A stretch of DNA of 64,000 bases, taken from assembly GCA_034670305.1 (NCBI GenBank), contig JAXMNT010000006.1:64001-128000 (forward strand), in the 5' to 3' direction. This document shows positions 46,794 through 57,433 of this stretch, one piece after another. The notes beneath the pieces are model-generated. The model made no database searches, was not told the DNA's origin, and saw only the letters and a list, made by a program, of their open reading frames with translations. Position 1 is the stretch's first letter. Every line of letters begins with the position of its first letter. The stretch is from Deltaproteobacteria bacterium. GTDB lineage: Bacteria > Myxococcota_A > Polyangia > Polyangiales > Houyiibacteriaceae. Both the position numbers and the translations under genes were made by a program.

Positions 46794-47207
46794 ATGACTC
46801 AGCGCCCTCAGGCATCGGTAGCGGAACTCGCGGATGCGATCGACTCATTGGCGCCGTCGTCGGACCCAGTTACCGAGCTGGCACGGAAGCACAGCTCACT
46901 TCCGCTCAGTGGAGATATGGGTGGCGTCATTGCCCTCACCAAATCTGGCGATATCGTTTGTCTTAGTTGGGAGGGGGACGTGGGTCCGCTGGACGATGTT
47001 CGCACTCGGGACGTCGCGCTCGCAGTGGGCTGCAAGCGCTTTCCGTTTCTCGAACGGTTCCTTCCCAGGCGGGAGCCGATGGACCCGACCTGCCCGGTTT
47101 GCGAAGGCAGCGGCGTCGAACCACTCACCGCCAACGTCGGTCTCGAGGGAATCGTCTGTTGGTGCGGTGGGCTGGGCTGGATCCCATCGGACTGGCCCAA
47201 CCGATGA
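46794..47207 (+). CDS. Hypothetical protein with a C-terminal CxxCxGxG Zn-finger-like motif
   Basis: CPVCEGSG...VCWCGGLGW; 137 aa with atypical codon usage. Confidence 0.65.
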   Translation: MTQRPQASVAELADAIDSLAPSSDPVTELARKHSSLPLSGDMGGVIALTKSGDIVCLSWEGDVGPLDDVRTRDVALAVGCKRFPFLERFLPRREPMDPTCPVCEGSGVEPLTANVGLEGIVCWCGGLGWIPSDWPNR

Positions 47208-47349
47208 GCTCGCGGCTGATACGGCGTTGAGTCGTGCGTGGTCTGAGGGCGTGAAACAGCCGAAGAAACTCCAGCTGCGTCGGCCAGCGTTCCCGGCGAT
47301 GGACTCGAGCGAGTGGGGACGTTGCCGAGAATCGTGGAACGCGCGAATC

Positions 47350-47391
47350 AAGAAATGAAACTGCCCTCCCAGGAGGACCTGAGAGGGCAGT
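47350..47391 (-). terminator. Intrinsic terminator downstream of the tRNA
   Basis: Stem ACTGCCCTC(C)CAGG / CCTG(A)GAGGGCAGT followed by TTCATTTCTT on the minus strand. Confidence 0.75.
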
Positions 47392-47399
47392 GACAAACT

Positions 47400-47476
<77 letters not shown>

Positions 47477-47490
47477 TCGAGTGGACGGCG

Positions 47491-47518
47491 ATTATAGAAA
47501 TCGGCGGTCGACTGTCAA
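47491..47518 (-). promoter_or_regulatory. Consensus sigma70 promoter of the tRNA
   Basis: TTGACA-16 nt-TATAAT followed by a GC-rich discriminator. Confidence 0.88.
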
Positions 47519-47588
47519 GGCGCCGCGAGAAGATTGGCAAACTTCTTCGCGATGGACGGGAGAGGGCGTTGCGGAAACGGCGTGGGCT

Positions 47589-47657
47589 CCGGTTTCGGGG
47601 TCGGTTTCGGGGTCGGTTTCGCCTGCAGTTTCGGTTTCGGGGTCGGCTTCGGTTTTC
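47589..47657. repeat. Short degenerate hexamer tract (NTCGGN)n
   Basis: GGTTTCGGGGTCGGTTTCGGGGTC..., directly 3' of the 47662 stop. Confidence 0.8.
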
Positions 47658-47661
47658 GCCG

Positions 47662-48564
47662 CTATGGAAGCCGCGCCAACACAGCGGCGTTTGGCCGGCC
47701 GATCACCACCCGGTCCACGCCCACCACGCCCTCGAGCCGCGTCGCTTCGATCATGATCTGCAGCCCGGCGGGCGCGACGTCGGTGGTGCCCCGAAGGATC
47801 ACCGTTCGCCCAGCACCCGCGACCTCCGCGTAGTGCGCATCGCCGCTTCGCACGCGGAGCAGACGCAGCGAACGTTCGCCGTCGACCCAGCCGTCGAAGA
47901 GGTTCCGGTCGATCGTCACCAGGCTCTCCGAGAGCTCGCTGAGATCCACCGCCCCCTGTGCGAGTCGCACGTTGGCGATGACGCCCTCGAGGTTGGTGCG
48001 CAGGCCGAGGCCGAACGTGTTGGTCGCAGACGTGTCCATGGCGCGGGTGGCCCGAACGTCGGCACACGCGGCGAGATCGCCCGCGTAGGTCTCGTGCGAC
48101 ATGATTGCGCAGTAGCGGTCTTCGGGCGGCAAGGGCCCGAACTGAACCTCTCCACCGGCAAAGGTCGGCACGCAGATCGGGCTGCGAAAGTTCACCGTCA
48201 TCTCGCTTGCACTGTCCATCTCGGTGACCGAGAAGACGGAGTCGAAGAGGTCCTCGCACCGCGTGACCGCGTCGAGCACGCCGGTACTTCCGGGCGCGTC
48301 TACGCCAGGCGCGTCGACCATCGGCGCGTCCACACCGGGCGCGTCCGCACCGGGCGCGTCCACACCGGGCGCGTCCACCGGCCCCCCATCGGTGCCGCCG
48401 CCATCCACGCCGCCGCCATCCACGTTGCCACCGTCGAGACCCGCGCCGTCCAGGCCGCCGAGCACATAACCGGACGAGTCGGGCAGACAGCCAAGCGCCA
48501 CCAACGACAGGGCGACGCCTACCGCACGTGCCGTGGCCCAAGCGCCTGTCGAGACTTCCCCCAT
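47662..48564 (-). CDS. Hypothetical lipoprotein with GVDAP/VDGG linker repeats
   Basis: LVALGC lipobox and a (DAPGV)n linker. Confidence 0.72.
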   Translation of the reverse strand: MGEVSTGAWATARAVGVALSLVALGCLPDSSGYVLGGLDGAGLDGGNVDGGGVDGGGTDGGPVDAPGVDAPGADAPGVDAPMVDAPGVDAPGSTGVLDAVTRCEDLFDSVFSVTEMDSASEMTVNFRSPICVPTFAGGEVQFGPLPPEDRYCAIMSHETYAGDLAACADVRATRAMDTSATNTFGLGLRTNLEGVIANVRLAQGAVDLSELSESLVTIDRNLFDGWVDGERSLRLLRVRSGDAHYAEVAGAGRTVILRGTTDVAPAGLQIMIEATRLEGVVGVDRVVIGRPNAAVLARLP

Positions 48565-48619
48565 CGCGCCGAGTCTGACCGATCGCGCGTGCGCGGGCCA
48601 CGCGGGGACGCCGTCGCGT

Positions 48620-48970
48620 TCAGAACGCGGCTTGAAACGCCGCGAACGCGAGGATGAGCGAGAGCAGGAACGAGAGCGTGAGGAGGATCGCACCCAGGTA
48701 GAAGAACGGGAGCACCAGAAACTTCTGCGCGATGGACAGCAGATGGTGGTGTTCGAACGAGCGCTGGTACCACTCCTTCGGAAGCGCCCGCCGTGCCGCC
48801 GCGAAGAGGCCGGCGAAGTAGACCAGCTCGCACACGATGGCGACCAGGCTGAGCTGGATCATGAAGAGCCACCCGGACTCGAGCAGGTTGCCTTCCGCCA
48901 CATACGCGACCCCGCCGGAGAGCAGTGCGCCCAGTCCAAAGATCCCAACCACGATCGAAAGCTCCCGCAT
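48620..48970 (-). CDS. Small membrane protein
   Basis: 116 aa with three hydrophobic segments; GAGG SD. Confidence 0.65.
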   Translation of the reverse strand: MRELSIVVGIFGLGALLSGGVAYVAEGNLLESGWLFMIQLSLVAIVCELVYFAGLFAAARRALPKEWYQRSFEHHHLLSIAQKFLVLPFFYLGAILLTLSFLLSLILAFAAFQAAF

Positions 48971-49080
48971 CGCCTCGTTTCTGAATACCGCGCGGGGGCG
49001 GGGCGCGCTTCCAGAGGCGCGCGTTTTGACCATCCGTCATCTGGGGGGGTGGGGCGGCGACAGGATGTCGCTGAGGCGGA

Positions 49081-49352
49081 GCCGAGGCCGATGCCGACGC
49101 ACCGTGGCCGAGGCCGATGCCGAAGCCGATGCCGATGCCGATGCCGATGCCGATGCCGATGCCGATGCCGATGCCGATGCCGATGCCGATGCCGACGCCG
49201 ATGCCGACGCCGATGCCGACGCCGATGCCGACGCCGATGCCGCGACCGCTTCCGGGACCGCCTCCGCTTCCGCTTCCGCTTCCGCTTCCGCTTCCGCTTC
49301 CGGGACCGCTTCCGCTTCCGGGACCGCTTCCGCTTCCGCTTCCGCTTCCGCT
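49081..49352. repeat. Compound hexamer tract: (GCCGAY)n, then (TCCGCT)n
   Basis: Directly 3' of the kinase stop at 49362. Confidence 0.95.
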
Positions 49353-49361
49353 ACTGCTGGC

Positions 49362-51716
49362 TCAGACGTCCATGGCGAGGCGGAAGCCGAGGTCGGCGCT
49401 GATGTGGCTTTCGAGCATGGAGCCGCGGAAGCTGGCGAGGGAGCGGTGGGCGCGGGCGCTCCAGGCGCCGCCTTTGACGCAGCGGTGTTCGGGGTCGTCT
49501 AGATAGGGGGTGCTGGTCCAGTCGGCGACGCCGCCGGCCAGGTCGATGACGCCGAAGGGCGACACGTCGGTTTCGAACGCGCCGATGGCCTCGGGGCGCG
49601 GCTGTCCTTCGCGGGAGACGCGCATCTTGCACAGCGCGGGGTCGAAACGGTCGCCCCAGGGATACAGGCGGCCGTCGGCACCTCGGGCGGCGCGCTCCCA
49701 TTCGACGTCGGTGGGCAGGCGGTAGGTGACCCGGTCGCGTGCGCCGGCCCACGCGGCGTACGCCTCCGCGTCGAGCGCGCTGATGGCGAACACCGGGTAC
49801 TCCGGCAACCACACGTCTCCGTCCGCGTCCGCCGCGGGGATCACGACCTTGCCGCTTCGCAACTTCCAGTAGGGGCTGTCCGCGCTGGCGCGTGGTGCCC
49901 GCAGGAGTGCCGCTTCCGCGTCCGGCTGCGCACGCAAGAAGCCGAGGTAGTCCGCGCAGCTCACCGGCCGGCGACCGATCGCAAAGGTCGGCGCGAACAC
50001 CGCGCTCATGCGCTCCCGCAAGACCACGTCGTCGTCGCCGCCGAGGAGCGCCGGGCCGCCGTGAATGAGGGTCATGCCGGCAGGCAACGCGTCGGCGAGC
50101 GTTGGGTCGAAGGTGAGCCGCACCCGGTCGGAGCCTTCCACCCGCAGCGGCAAGTACACGGCGCTCTCTGCCGAGGGCGGTTTGGATGCGCGGCGCCACA
50201 CCAACCGGTACGAACCCGGCGAGAGATCCGCCGCGTGTTCTTCGATCGGTCCGATGGGCACGACGCCCAGCCGACCGCGCGCGGGTTCGAAGAGTTCGAC
50301 GTCCAGTGGCTCGGCGCAGTCGATGTCGATGTGGGCGACGTCGAAGAGACGCGCGCGCACCGTGTCGCCACCGATCGCGATCGCTTTGCTCATCTCTCGG
50401 CGGGCGAGTCCCGCGCGACCGGTCTTCAGGTGCCGTTCGCGCCGCCCGAGGTGGAGGTCGACGAGCTCGTCGCGCGCGCGGCGGCTCTCCGGCATGGCGC
50501 GCAGGGCGGCTTCGAGGGCGAGCGCGGCGTGGTGTTCCGCGTCGTCGTGTTGCTGCACGAGCTGCTCGAGATCTTCTTCGAGCAACCACAGCAGCTCCTT
50601 CTCGGAGAGCGGCGCATGGTCCGGGGTGTCGCGTCGGCGGGTCCGGAGTTCGGTCGCGGTCCGGAGAAAACTTCGCTCGAGGCTGGCCGCGAGCGTGCGG
50701 TGTTCGCGCGCTTCCGCGAGCCGCCGTTCGTGTTCCTCGCGCCGGCGTTCGTCGTCGAACCGGCCCTCGAGCCAGCCGTCCACGACTTCGATGAGTTCCT
50801 TCGCGGTCTGCGGCCGCTGGTGCGGGTCCTTCTGGAGGCACCGCAGGGCGAGGTCGCAGAGATCCTGAGGCAGGCTCGGATCCTTGTCCCGCGGGTCGGC
50901 CGGGATCTCGTTCATCACCGCGATGAGCTGCTCCGGCATGGTGTCTTTTCGAATCGGTACGTTGCCGGTCAGCAACTGGTACAGGATGCAGCCGAGCGAG
51001 TAGATGTCGGTGGGCGGACCCACGGGGCTGCCCGCGACCTGCTGCGGAGACATGTAGCGCGGCGTGCCGACGGCGGCGCCTGGCGCGGTGAGTTTGCTGA
51101 GCCCGCCTGGTCGAACGACGTCGTGTTTGAAGAGCCGCGCGAGTCCGAAGTCCGCGACGAGGAGCTCGTCGTTCGGCCCGAGGATCATGTTCGCCGGCTT
51201 GAGATCACGGTGTACGACGCCGGCTTCGTGCGCGGCATGCACACCCAGGCACGCATTCGTGAAGAGGCGCATCAAGCGCACGAGGTGCGCGCGCTCTTGG
51301 CCCTGCTGCATCGCGGCGAGCATGTCGGAGAGGGTGCGCTGCGGGAGCAGGGGCATCGTGTAGAACGGGCGCCCGTCCTTGAGGCGGCCGACGTCGTAGA
51401 TCGGGATGATGTTCGGGTGCCCGATCTGCGCCATCAGGCGCGCTTCGCTCGCGAAGCGGCTGACGCTGCTGGGGTCCAGCGGCGCTTCGGGGTCGGCGGC
51501 GCGCAGCACCTTCAGGGCGACCTCGCGCCCGAGCACCACGTCCTCCGCGCGGAAGACCTCGCCCTGGGCGCCGAGCCCGAGCTGCTGGAGGAACGTGTAG
51601 CGTTCGCCCTCGGGCACCTGCCAGGAGCGGGTGTGCTCCCCGGCCGGCATCGCGGAGTGCATCGTGCCCGCAAGCGCGTCGTCTCCCGGAGGCGGCAGTT
51701 CGGTGTCGTCCTTCAC
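49362..51716 (-). CDS. Ser/Thr protein kinase with a C-terminal FGE-sulfatase (SUMF1) domain
   Basis: Kinase motifs VALK, HRDLKPAN, DFGLA and GTPRYMSP; FGE motifs RLPTDVEWERAARG, YPWG, DLAGGVADW and GFRL. Confidence 0.92.
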   Translation of the reverse strand: MKDDTELPPPGDDALAGTMHSAMPAGEHTRSWQVPEGERYTFLQQLGLGAQGEVFRAEDVVLGREVALKVLRAADPEAPLDPSSVSRFASEARLMAQIGHPNIIPIYDVGRLKDGRPFYTMPLLPQRTLSDMLAAMQQGQERAHLVRLMRLFTNACLGVHAAHEAGVVHRDLKPANMILGPNDELLVADFGLARLFKHDVVRPGGLSKLTAPGAAVGTPRYMSPQQVAGSPVGPPTDIYSLGCILYQLLTGNVPIRKDTMPEQLIAVMNEIPADPRDKDPSLPQDLCDLALRCLQKDPHQRPQTAKELIEVVDGWLEGRFDDERRREEHERRLAEAREHRTLAASLERSFLRTATELRTRRRDTPDHAPLSEKELLWLLEEDLEQLVQQHDDAEHHAALALEAALRAMPESRRARDELVDLHLGRRERHLKTGRAGLARREMSKAIAIGGDTVRARLFDVAHIDIDCAEPLDVELFEPARGRLGVVPIGPIEEHAADLSPGSYRLVWRRASKPPSAESAVYLPLRVEGSDRVRLTFDPTLADALPAGMTLIHGGPALLGGDDDVVLRERMSAVFAPTFAIGRRPVSCADYLGFLRAQPDAEAALLRAPRASADSPYWKLRSGKVVIPAADADGDVWLPEYPVFAISALDAEAYAAWAGARDRVTYRLPTDVEWERAARGADGRLYPWGDRFDPALCKMRVSREGQPRPEAIGAFETDVSPFGVIDLAGGVADWTSTPYLDDPEHRCVKGGAWSARAHRSLASFRGSMLESHISADLGFRLAMDV

Positions 51717-51735
51717 GTCTCAGGTTCCTCGATGG

Positions 51736-51968
51736 TCAGCTCTCACGCAGCGCTTGATGGACCGCGTGAATGGTCGCGAACGACGGCTGTCCCGGCCTCC
51801 GTCCATGATGCCGAAGCTGTTGGCCGGGCTGACCATGGCGTCGGCTGGATGCTCGAAGTAGTCCCCTTGGGTGACTTCGAATCCCTCCACGCCCTCGAAC
51901 GCGTGACGCCAGGCGTGCACGAGCGGCGCGTGCCGGTCGACGAGCCGGATGGTGGGCAGCGGGCTCAC
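51736..51968 (-). pseudogene. Macro-domain (ADP-ribose processing) gene with an internal deletion
   Basis: GDYF...ADAMVSPANSFGIMDGG stops abruptly near 51794. A short tail QPSFATIHAVHQALRES* follows in another frame. Confidence 0.7.
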
Positions 51969-54133
51969 GGAGGGCTGAAGTCGATGGGGGGGAGGACGGG
52001 GTCGGCCGCGGGGGGCGGGGCGTCGGTGCTGCCGGCTGCGCCGGTGGGGAGACCGAGGTCGCTCGCGATGCCGGCGAGCGCGCTTGCCCACGCGGAGGGG
52101 CCGGAGAACATGACGGTCGCGCCGTCCTGATCGACGACGGTCCGGGTGGCGGCTTCTCCCCCGGAGGCGACCAAACAGTTGGGCATCACGATGCCGGTCA
52201 TGCCGGCCCCGTCGAAGAGCTCGAGCGCGCAGCCTTCGGTGGTGCAGTCGCGGCCGATGTCGAGGTCGAAGTTGTTGGCGCCGGTTTGGATCGTGAAGTC
52301 GCCGACGTCGGAGGCAGCGCGGATCTCATCGGCGCGGGTCGCGTCGCGCCTCGTGCCGCCAAAGGTCGTTCCGAAGACTTCGCCTTCGGCGCCGAAGAAG
52401 CCGACCCCGACCCCGAGGTTGTTCGAGACGGTGGAGCCGCGCACCACGAGGTACGCGCCCTCCTTGGCTTCGAGTCCGCGTCCTTCGTTGTTCTGCACGA
52501 CGGATGCGTCCAAGACTTCGAAGCGGCGTCCACCGGAGACACGCACGCCGGTGCCGAGCCCGCCTTCCACGAGCACACCGGTCAGCGACGACGGGGACGC
52601 GCCTTCGGATCCGTCGATTTGCACGCCCACGCTGGTGGAACGGCGCACCGCGCCACCGGTCATCTGCAGGATCCCGAGCTCACCCGTGGCCACGCCGATG
52701 CGTGCCCCGGTGACGGCGGTGTTCTCGGCGGAGAGCAGGCCATCCTCGACGTAGAGCCCGACGAACCCGCCTTCGATCGCCACGTTGGTCACCGCCACGG
52801 TGCCGAAGTACGCGGCGATGCCGAACGAGGTGGCGCCCGTCACCGCGGCGTCTCCCGCCGTGAACGCGATCTCGCCTCCGGCGAACGCGATGGCGCCAAC
52901 GCTGGCGCCGGTGGAACGGAACACGGCGGTGTCTTGCATCACGAAGTCTCCTCCGAGCGCGGTGACGTGGATGGCGTCCGCGCCGGTGACCGTCAGCGAA
53001 CCGCGGAGGGAAGTCGTGCTGGCGCCGTCGGTGCCGCGGACCGTGACACCGAACCCATCGGCCGGTACGTCGAGCACGTTCGTGCCGCCGAGTTCGACCG
53101 TGCTGTCTTCGAAGATGAGCGCGGAGTCGGCGGCGGACAGCGACACGTTCTCGACCGTGGCGGCGGCGCAGTCCTTCAACCCGAACCCGATGCCTTCGAC
53201 GTTGGTCACATCGAGACCGTCGACCCGTACCTGGGAGGCGAGGATCGCGTTGATGCCGTCTTGCTCCGAGAACGCGTCGAGGTTCGAGATGGTGACGTTG
53301 GGGCCGATCTCGATCGAGGGGTTGTCGCTGCGGCCGTCCAAGAAGAAACCAGAGACGCCGCCGTTGATCGTCAGGTCCGCGAGCTGCACGCCGACGCCGT
53401 ACGTCCACACGCCGATCCCGAGTCCGTCGCCGAGCTCCATCACGGTGTCGTCCGAGACTTGGATCGTCGCGGGCGAGATCCCGAAGAGGGCGATGCGGCC
53501 GAGGCCGAGCGGCATGACCAGCATCGCCATCGGCCGGAACGAACTCGCGCGCACGTCGAGCAGGCCACCGATGACCAGCACGTTGGTGGTGCTGCGTTCG
53601 ATGCGGACCCGCTCGAGCACCCCGCCGTCGCGGAGGAAGAGCCCGATCTGACACCCGAGCAACGTGATGTCGCGGAACACGACCGGCGCGTTGGACTCGA
53701 GCAGTACGTCGAGTTCGACGGTTGTTTCGGGCGTGAAGGCGTTGGGGACCGGGATCGTGCGACACGCGCCGGCGGCGGCGGCGATGGCGGTGGTCATGTC
53801 CGGCGACACCGCTTCGAAGGTGACGGCCACGTTGATGGCTTCGGTGGGCGGCGCGTGTTCGCCGGGCTCGAGGCAGAACACGTCGCCTTCGGACGCCATC
53901 GACATCGCTTCGTCGATCGACGCGAAGGGCGCAGCGGGTGAGCCATCGCCTCCGGGGGCGCCCCCGCTTCGAATGCGGCGGCAGGGCGGCGGTGCGTCCA
54001 TGCGCGCGTCGAAGAGGATGCCGGTGTCCGGGAGACCGCCGTCGACACCGCCGTCGTCGTCGCCACACCCGAAGGCCAGCGATGCGGTACACAACGTGAG
54101 GATCGCGGGTCCGAGGGTGCGCACAAGCGACAT
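51965..54133 (-). CDS. Right-handed beta-helix lipoprotein (DUF1565-like start)
   Basis: LAFGC lipobox, GDGSPAAPFASIDEAM, and repeats such as VVRGSTVSNNLGVGV. Confidence 0.8.
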   Translation of the reverse strand: MSLVRTLGPAILTLCTASLAFGCGDDDGGVDGGLPDTGILFDARMDAPPPCRRIRSGGAPGGDGSPAAPFASIDEAMSMASEGDVFCLEPGEHAPPTEAINVAVTFEAVSPDMTTAIAAAAGACRTIPVPNAFTPETTVELDVLLESNAPVVFRDITLLGCQIGLFLRDGGVLERVRIERSTTNVLVIGGLLDVRASSFRPMAMLVMPLGLGRIALFGISPATIQVSDDTVMELGDGLGIGVWTYGVGVQLADLTINGGVSGFFLDGRSDNPSIEIGPNVTISNLDAFSEQDGINAILASQVRVDGLDVTNVEGIGFGLKDCAAATVENVSLSAADSALIFEDSTVELGGTNVLDVPADGFGVTVRGTDGASTTSLRGSLTVTGADAIHVTALGGDFVMQDTAVFRSTGASVGAIAFAGGEIAFTAGDAAVTGATSFGIAAYFGTVAVTNVAIEGGFVGLYVEDGLLSAENTAVTGARIGVATGELGILQMTGGAVRRSTSVGVQIDGSEGASPSSLTGVLVEGGLGTGVRVSGGRRFEVLDASVVQNNEGRGLEAKEGAYLVVRGSTVSNNLGVGVGFFGAEGEVFGTTFGGTRRDATRADEIRAASDVGDFTIQTGANNFDLDIGRDCTTEGCALELFDGAGMTGIVMPNCLVASGGEAATRTVVDQDGATVMFSGPSAWASALAGIASDLGLPTGAAGSTDAPPPAADPVLPPIDFSPP

Positions 54134-55308
54134 CACATCGTCTCCGCGAGACAGGTGCCCGTGTTGCAAGTCATGCCGGCGGGGCAAATCGACTCGTCCA
54201 TCGAGCAGTCGAGCAAGCAGAACCCCAGCATGGCGTCGGTGCCCTGTTCGCGGGTGAGTGCGCCCGAACCGTCGGGGTCGAGCACCCGGCAGACCGAGCC
54301 GTCGGGGCAGCCCTGGAGTCCATCGGGCAACGACTCCGCCGCGCAGTAGAGCGATGAACAGAACCCGCCGGCGCACACGGGGTAGGGCAGGGCGCTGCTG
54401 CACTGATCGGGTGCGGAGCATCGGTCGCCGATGTCGCCGCCGAGTTCCCGGCCCACGACGCCGAGGGCGCAGTACGGGCCCGTGGCGTTGCCGGTGGGAT
54501 CCGCTTCGGGCGGGATGCATCGGGTGAAGGGCGGGCACACGTCGTCCGGGTTCGCGCCGTTCGTTCCGTCGACGAGCGGGTCGCACACCGGCGAACACAA
54601 CCAGACCGCGACGTCCCAGGGCGCCCAGTACGGAATGCACTGCTCTTCGCCCGGACAGCCCACGATGTCGCAGTCGACGTGAATGCAGTGGCCGAGGGTG
54701 CATCGCTGGTCGGGCGCACAGTCCGCGTTGCCAGTGCAGTCCGCGTAGGACGCGGCGCCCGGCGTGTTGCCGTAGCTGCAGGTGGCGCGATCGACGTCGC
54801 ACTGTCCGAACGGTTCGTCACCCAAGCGGCCGCCAGGTGGATCGGTGTCGCGCACCATGCAGTGCGCGTCGTTGTCGCAGCCCCGCACGCAGATGCCTTC
54901 CAGGGCGCACGAGTACCCGGGCCGGCACCCGCCGTTGTCGTCGGCGTTGCGGTCGCAGGTCGACAGGCACATGCGCACGAAGTCGAGCGCGTTGGCGTAG
55001 GCGGGGCCGCACTTGGTATCGATCGGACAGTCCGCGTCGGTGTTGCAGGAGCGGGTGCAGTAGCCGTCGGCCCACGGGCGGGCGTCTTCGGGACCTTCGA
55101 AACACTCGAGGCCGGCCTGGCATCCAAGGCTGCCTTCGTGGGTGCACGCACCGCCGACGCCGAGCGGGACCGGGCCGACATCGACGCCTGTGCCGACGTC
55201 GCTGGTCGCGTCCGTACCGGCGTCGGACGCTGTGGTGTCGTCGTCTCCGCAGCCGGCCCCGGCCAGGATCCACACCAGTGCCATGCAGCAACGCGTTTGC
55301 TGGTTCAT
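54133..55308 (-). CDS. Cys-rich repeat lipoprotein
   Basis: AGAGC lipobox; GYCTRSC..DADCP and C..NADC repeats. Confidence 0.8.
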   Translation of the reverse strand: MNQQTRCCMALVWILAGAGCGDDDTTASDAGTDATSDVGTGVDVGPVPLGVGGACTHEGSLGCQAGLECFEGPEDARPWADGYCTRSCNTDADCPIDTKCGPAYANALDFVRMCLSTCDRNADDNGGCRPGYSCALEGICVRGCDNDAHCMVRDTDPPGGRLGDEPFGQCDVDRATCSYGNTPGAASYADCTGNADCAPDQRCTLGHCIHVDCDIVGCPGEEQCIPYWAPWDVAVWLCSPVCDPLVDGTNGANPDDVCPPFTRCIPPEADPTGNATGPYCALGVVGRELGGDIGDRCSAPDQCSSALPYPVCAGGFCSSLYCAAESLPDGLQGCPDGSVCRVLDPDGSGALTREQGTDAMLGFCLLDCSMDESICPAGMTCNTGTCLAETM

Positions 55309-55458
55309 TCCCGAGCCTCCCTCACCGGGCTCGGGGGCACCACCTCCGAACCACCGAGCTTCTACCCCATGTCCGGCCAAACCATGCCACGAACGCGGCG
55401 CGCCTGCGTGGATTTCCCCAGCAGGCAGTCGGACCAGTCCGCTCCGCGGGCCGATGCG

Positions 55459-56724
55459 CTATTGGTTCATGTTCATGATCAGCGGGATCAACGCGCAGCA
55501 GCTCGAGAGCAGAAGCACGAACAAGGCGATCAAACAGCCGAGCGCTTGGTTGCCCGCCATGCGGGTGCCGGCCCGGGCGATGCCCATGGGCTGCGCGGCG
55601 AACCCGAGCCCGTTGACGCTGTCCGCGCGGTCGGTGCTGCTCCGGTCGAGGATCAGCGCCTGCGGGATCAGCTGGCCGGACTGGGGCGCCATGGCGTCGG
55701 GCGCGGCCTTCACCGCGGTTCCGATCGCGACGAGCTCCACGAGACCCTGCGCGATCTCCCGGATCTCGAGCCGGGTCGACATCACCCGTTCGGCGCCGAT
55801 GCGCTCGGCGTCCTGGCGTACGAGATCGAGACAGTTCTCGCGGGCTTCGTAGATGAGCCGCGTCACTTCGGGAAGTTCACCGCGTTTGATGCTCTGAAAG
55901 AGCGCGCCGATGCCCGCCGCCACGCCGAGCGAGTACACGCTCGTCGCCATCACGATCTGGTGCGGGACGTAGCCGATCTTGGCGAGGTTCCAGAGCTCCT
56001 CCCCGCTGAGTTCGCTGGTGACGACCTGCTGCTCGGGCACCTGCCCGGCGGAGAGCGCGTGGTGGAACGAAGCGGTGCCGGTGAGCAAGAGCTCCACCGT
56101 GCCCGGGCCGTACGGCAACATCAGGATGTTGGTGTCGACGACCGCATTGGCGCCGGCCTGCGAAGCTTCGAGCCGGAGCCGCTGCAGGGCGGTGTGGCGG
56201 ATCTCGTTGTACATCGACGAGTACTCTTTGACCTCGCCACGCGCCAACGTGCGGAACTGGCCCATCACCCCGCGCCCGATGCCGAGCGCGTAGGCGATGT
56301 TGCCCATCGCAAAGCGCACCGGCTGGTAGCCGGCGTCGAGCTGGCAGTAGAGGCCGATGCCAGACGCGGCGGTCGAGAAGAAGCGGCCTGGGCTCTGACC
56401 CGGCGCCGGATGCACGCCGGTGCCCTGAGAGAGGAACTCGGTGAACCCAGCAAGGCGCCCGAGCTTGCTTCGAACCCCCGTGACGCCGATGGCGCCGTCC
56501 CGCTGCGCTTCCTCTTCCATGCGCTGGATCGCCTTGTGGCGTCCTTCGCTGATGAGATCGGTGACCTGGCGAACCTCGCCACCCGCGAACGTGCGCCCCA
56601 TCGCGCCGAGCCCGCCCGCGAGGCCGATCGAGACGACGCTGTTGCCGACCACGATCTCGCCAGGCGTGAGCCCCTTCTGCGCCAAGCAGTAGATCTCGTT
56701 GCCGCTCATCCCCGAGATAAACAT
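55459..56724 (-). CDS. Tandem YbjQ/UPF0145 (heavy-metal-binding-like) domain protein with a C-terminal TM helix
   Basis: Three copies of GE...T/S..I/M.E.R..A..R...EA...GA..V; AGGAG SD. Confidence 0.82.
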   Translation of the reverse strand: MFISGMSGNEIYCLAQKGLTPGEIVVGNSVVSIGLAGGLGAMGRTFAGGEVRQVTDLISEGRHKAIQRMEEEAQRDGAIGVTGVRSKLGRLAGFTEFLSQGTGVHPAPGQSPGRFFSTAASGIGLYCQLDAGYQPVRFAMGNIAYALGIGRGVMGQFRTLARGEVKEYSSMYNEIRHTALQRLRLEASQAGANAVVDTNILMLPYGPGTVELLLTGTASFHHALSAGQVPEQQVVTSELSGEELWNLAKIGYVPHQIVMATSVYSLGVAAGIGALFQSIKRGELPEVTRLIYEARENCLDLVRQDAERIGAERVMSTRLEIREIAQGLVELVAIGTAVKAAPDAMAPQSGQLIPQALILDRSSTDRADSVNGLGFAAQPMGIARAGTRMAGNQALGCLIALFVLLLSSCCALIPLIMNMNQ

Positions 56725-56825
56725 TCGTTCTCCTGTGCCTCCGGTGCGCTCCCGAGGTCACCTCCCCAGCCGCGCGCCGCAGAGCCTACCACCGGCCGCC
56801 GCGCCCCGGCGCCCAGCATCCGCGG

Positions 56826-57099
56826 CGGCATCGGATCGGCGTCGGCGTCGGGGGTCGGAGTCGGGGTCGGCTTCGGCTTCGGCTTCGGCTTCGGCTTCGG
56901 CGTCGGCTTCGGCTTCGGCTTCGGCTTCGGGTTCGGCGTCGGCATCGGCATCGGCATCGGCATCGGCATCGGCATCGGCATCGGCATCGGCATTGGCATC
57001 GGCGTCGGCGTCGGCGTCGGCGTCGGCTTCGGCGTCGGCTTCGGCGTCGGCATCGCCTTCGGCTTCGGGGTCGGCTTCGGCACGGGCACGGGCACGGGC
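56826..57099. repeat. Compound hexamer tract: (DTCGGC)n, then (CACGGG)3
   Basis: About 40 units, intergenic. Confidence 0.95.
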
Positions 57100-57135
57100 G
57101 TCTTCGACGTGCCGGTGTGTGGTTGCCCGGTCCGC

Positions 57136-57318
57136 TCAGATGTCGAGCAACGACTCGAGCGCCGTCCGCAGCGTGTCCGCTTGCTCGCGCTCCGGCGAAG
57201 ACGCCGGCACCGTCGCGAGCTGCGCCAGTGCGCTTCGGACCCCCTCGCGGTCGAGGGTGCGTTCGTGCTTCTGCCGGCCGAGCAACTCGGTCGCGGCTCT
57301 GAACGGATCCACCCCCAT
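57136..57318 (-). CDS. Possible small helical protein (60 aa)
   Basis: [13 protein letters not shown]...ALESLLDI with plausible codon usage; no recognised motif. Confidence 0.4.
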   Translation of the reverse strand: MGVDPFRAATELLGRQKHERTLDREGVRSALAQLATVPASSPEREQADTLRTALESLLDI

Positions 57319-57433
57319 CCCCAGGGTACGAGCGAGTCGTGTTTGCAGATCGACACCGGGCGAACAGTCTTTGAAGGCCCCATGCCCAGTGTGCAGGGTT
57401 GTGCCGGTACGACTTCTGCTAGAACGGTTGTCC

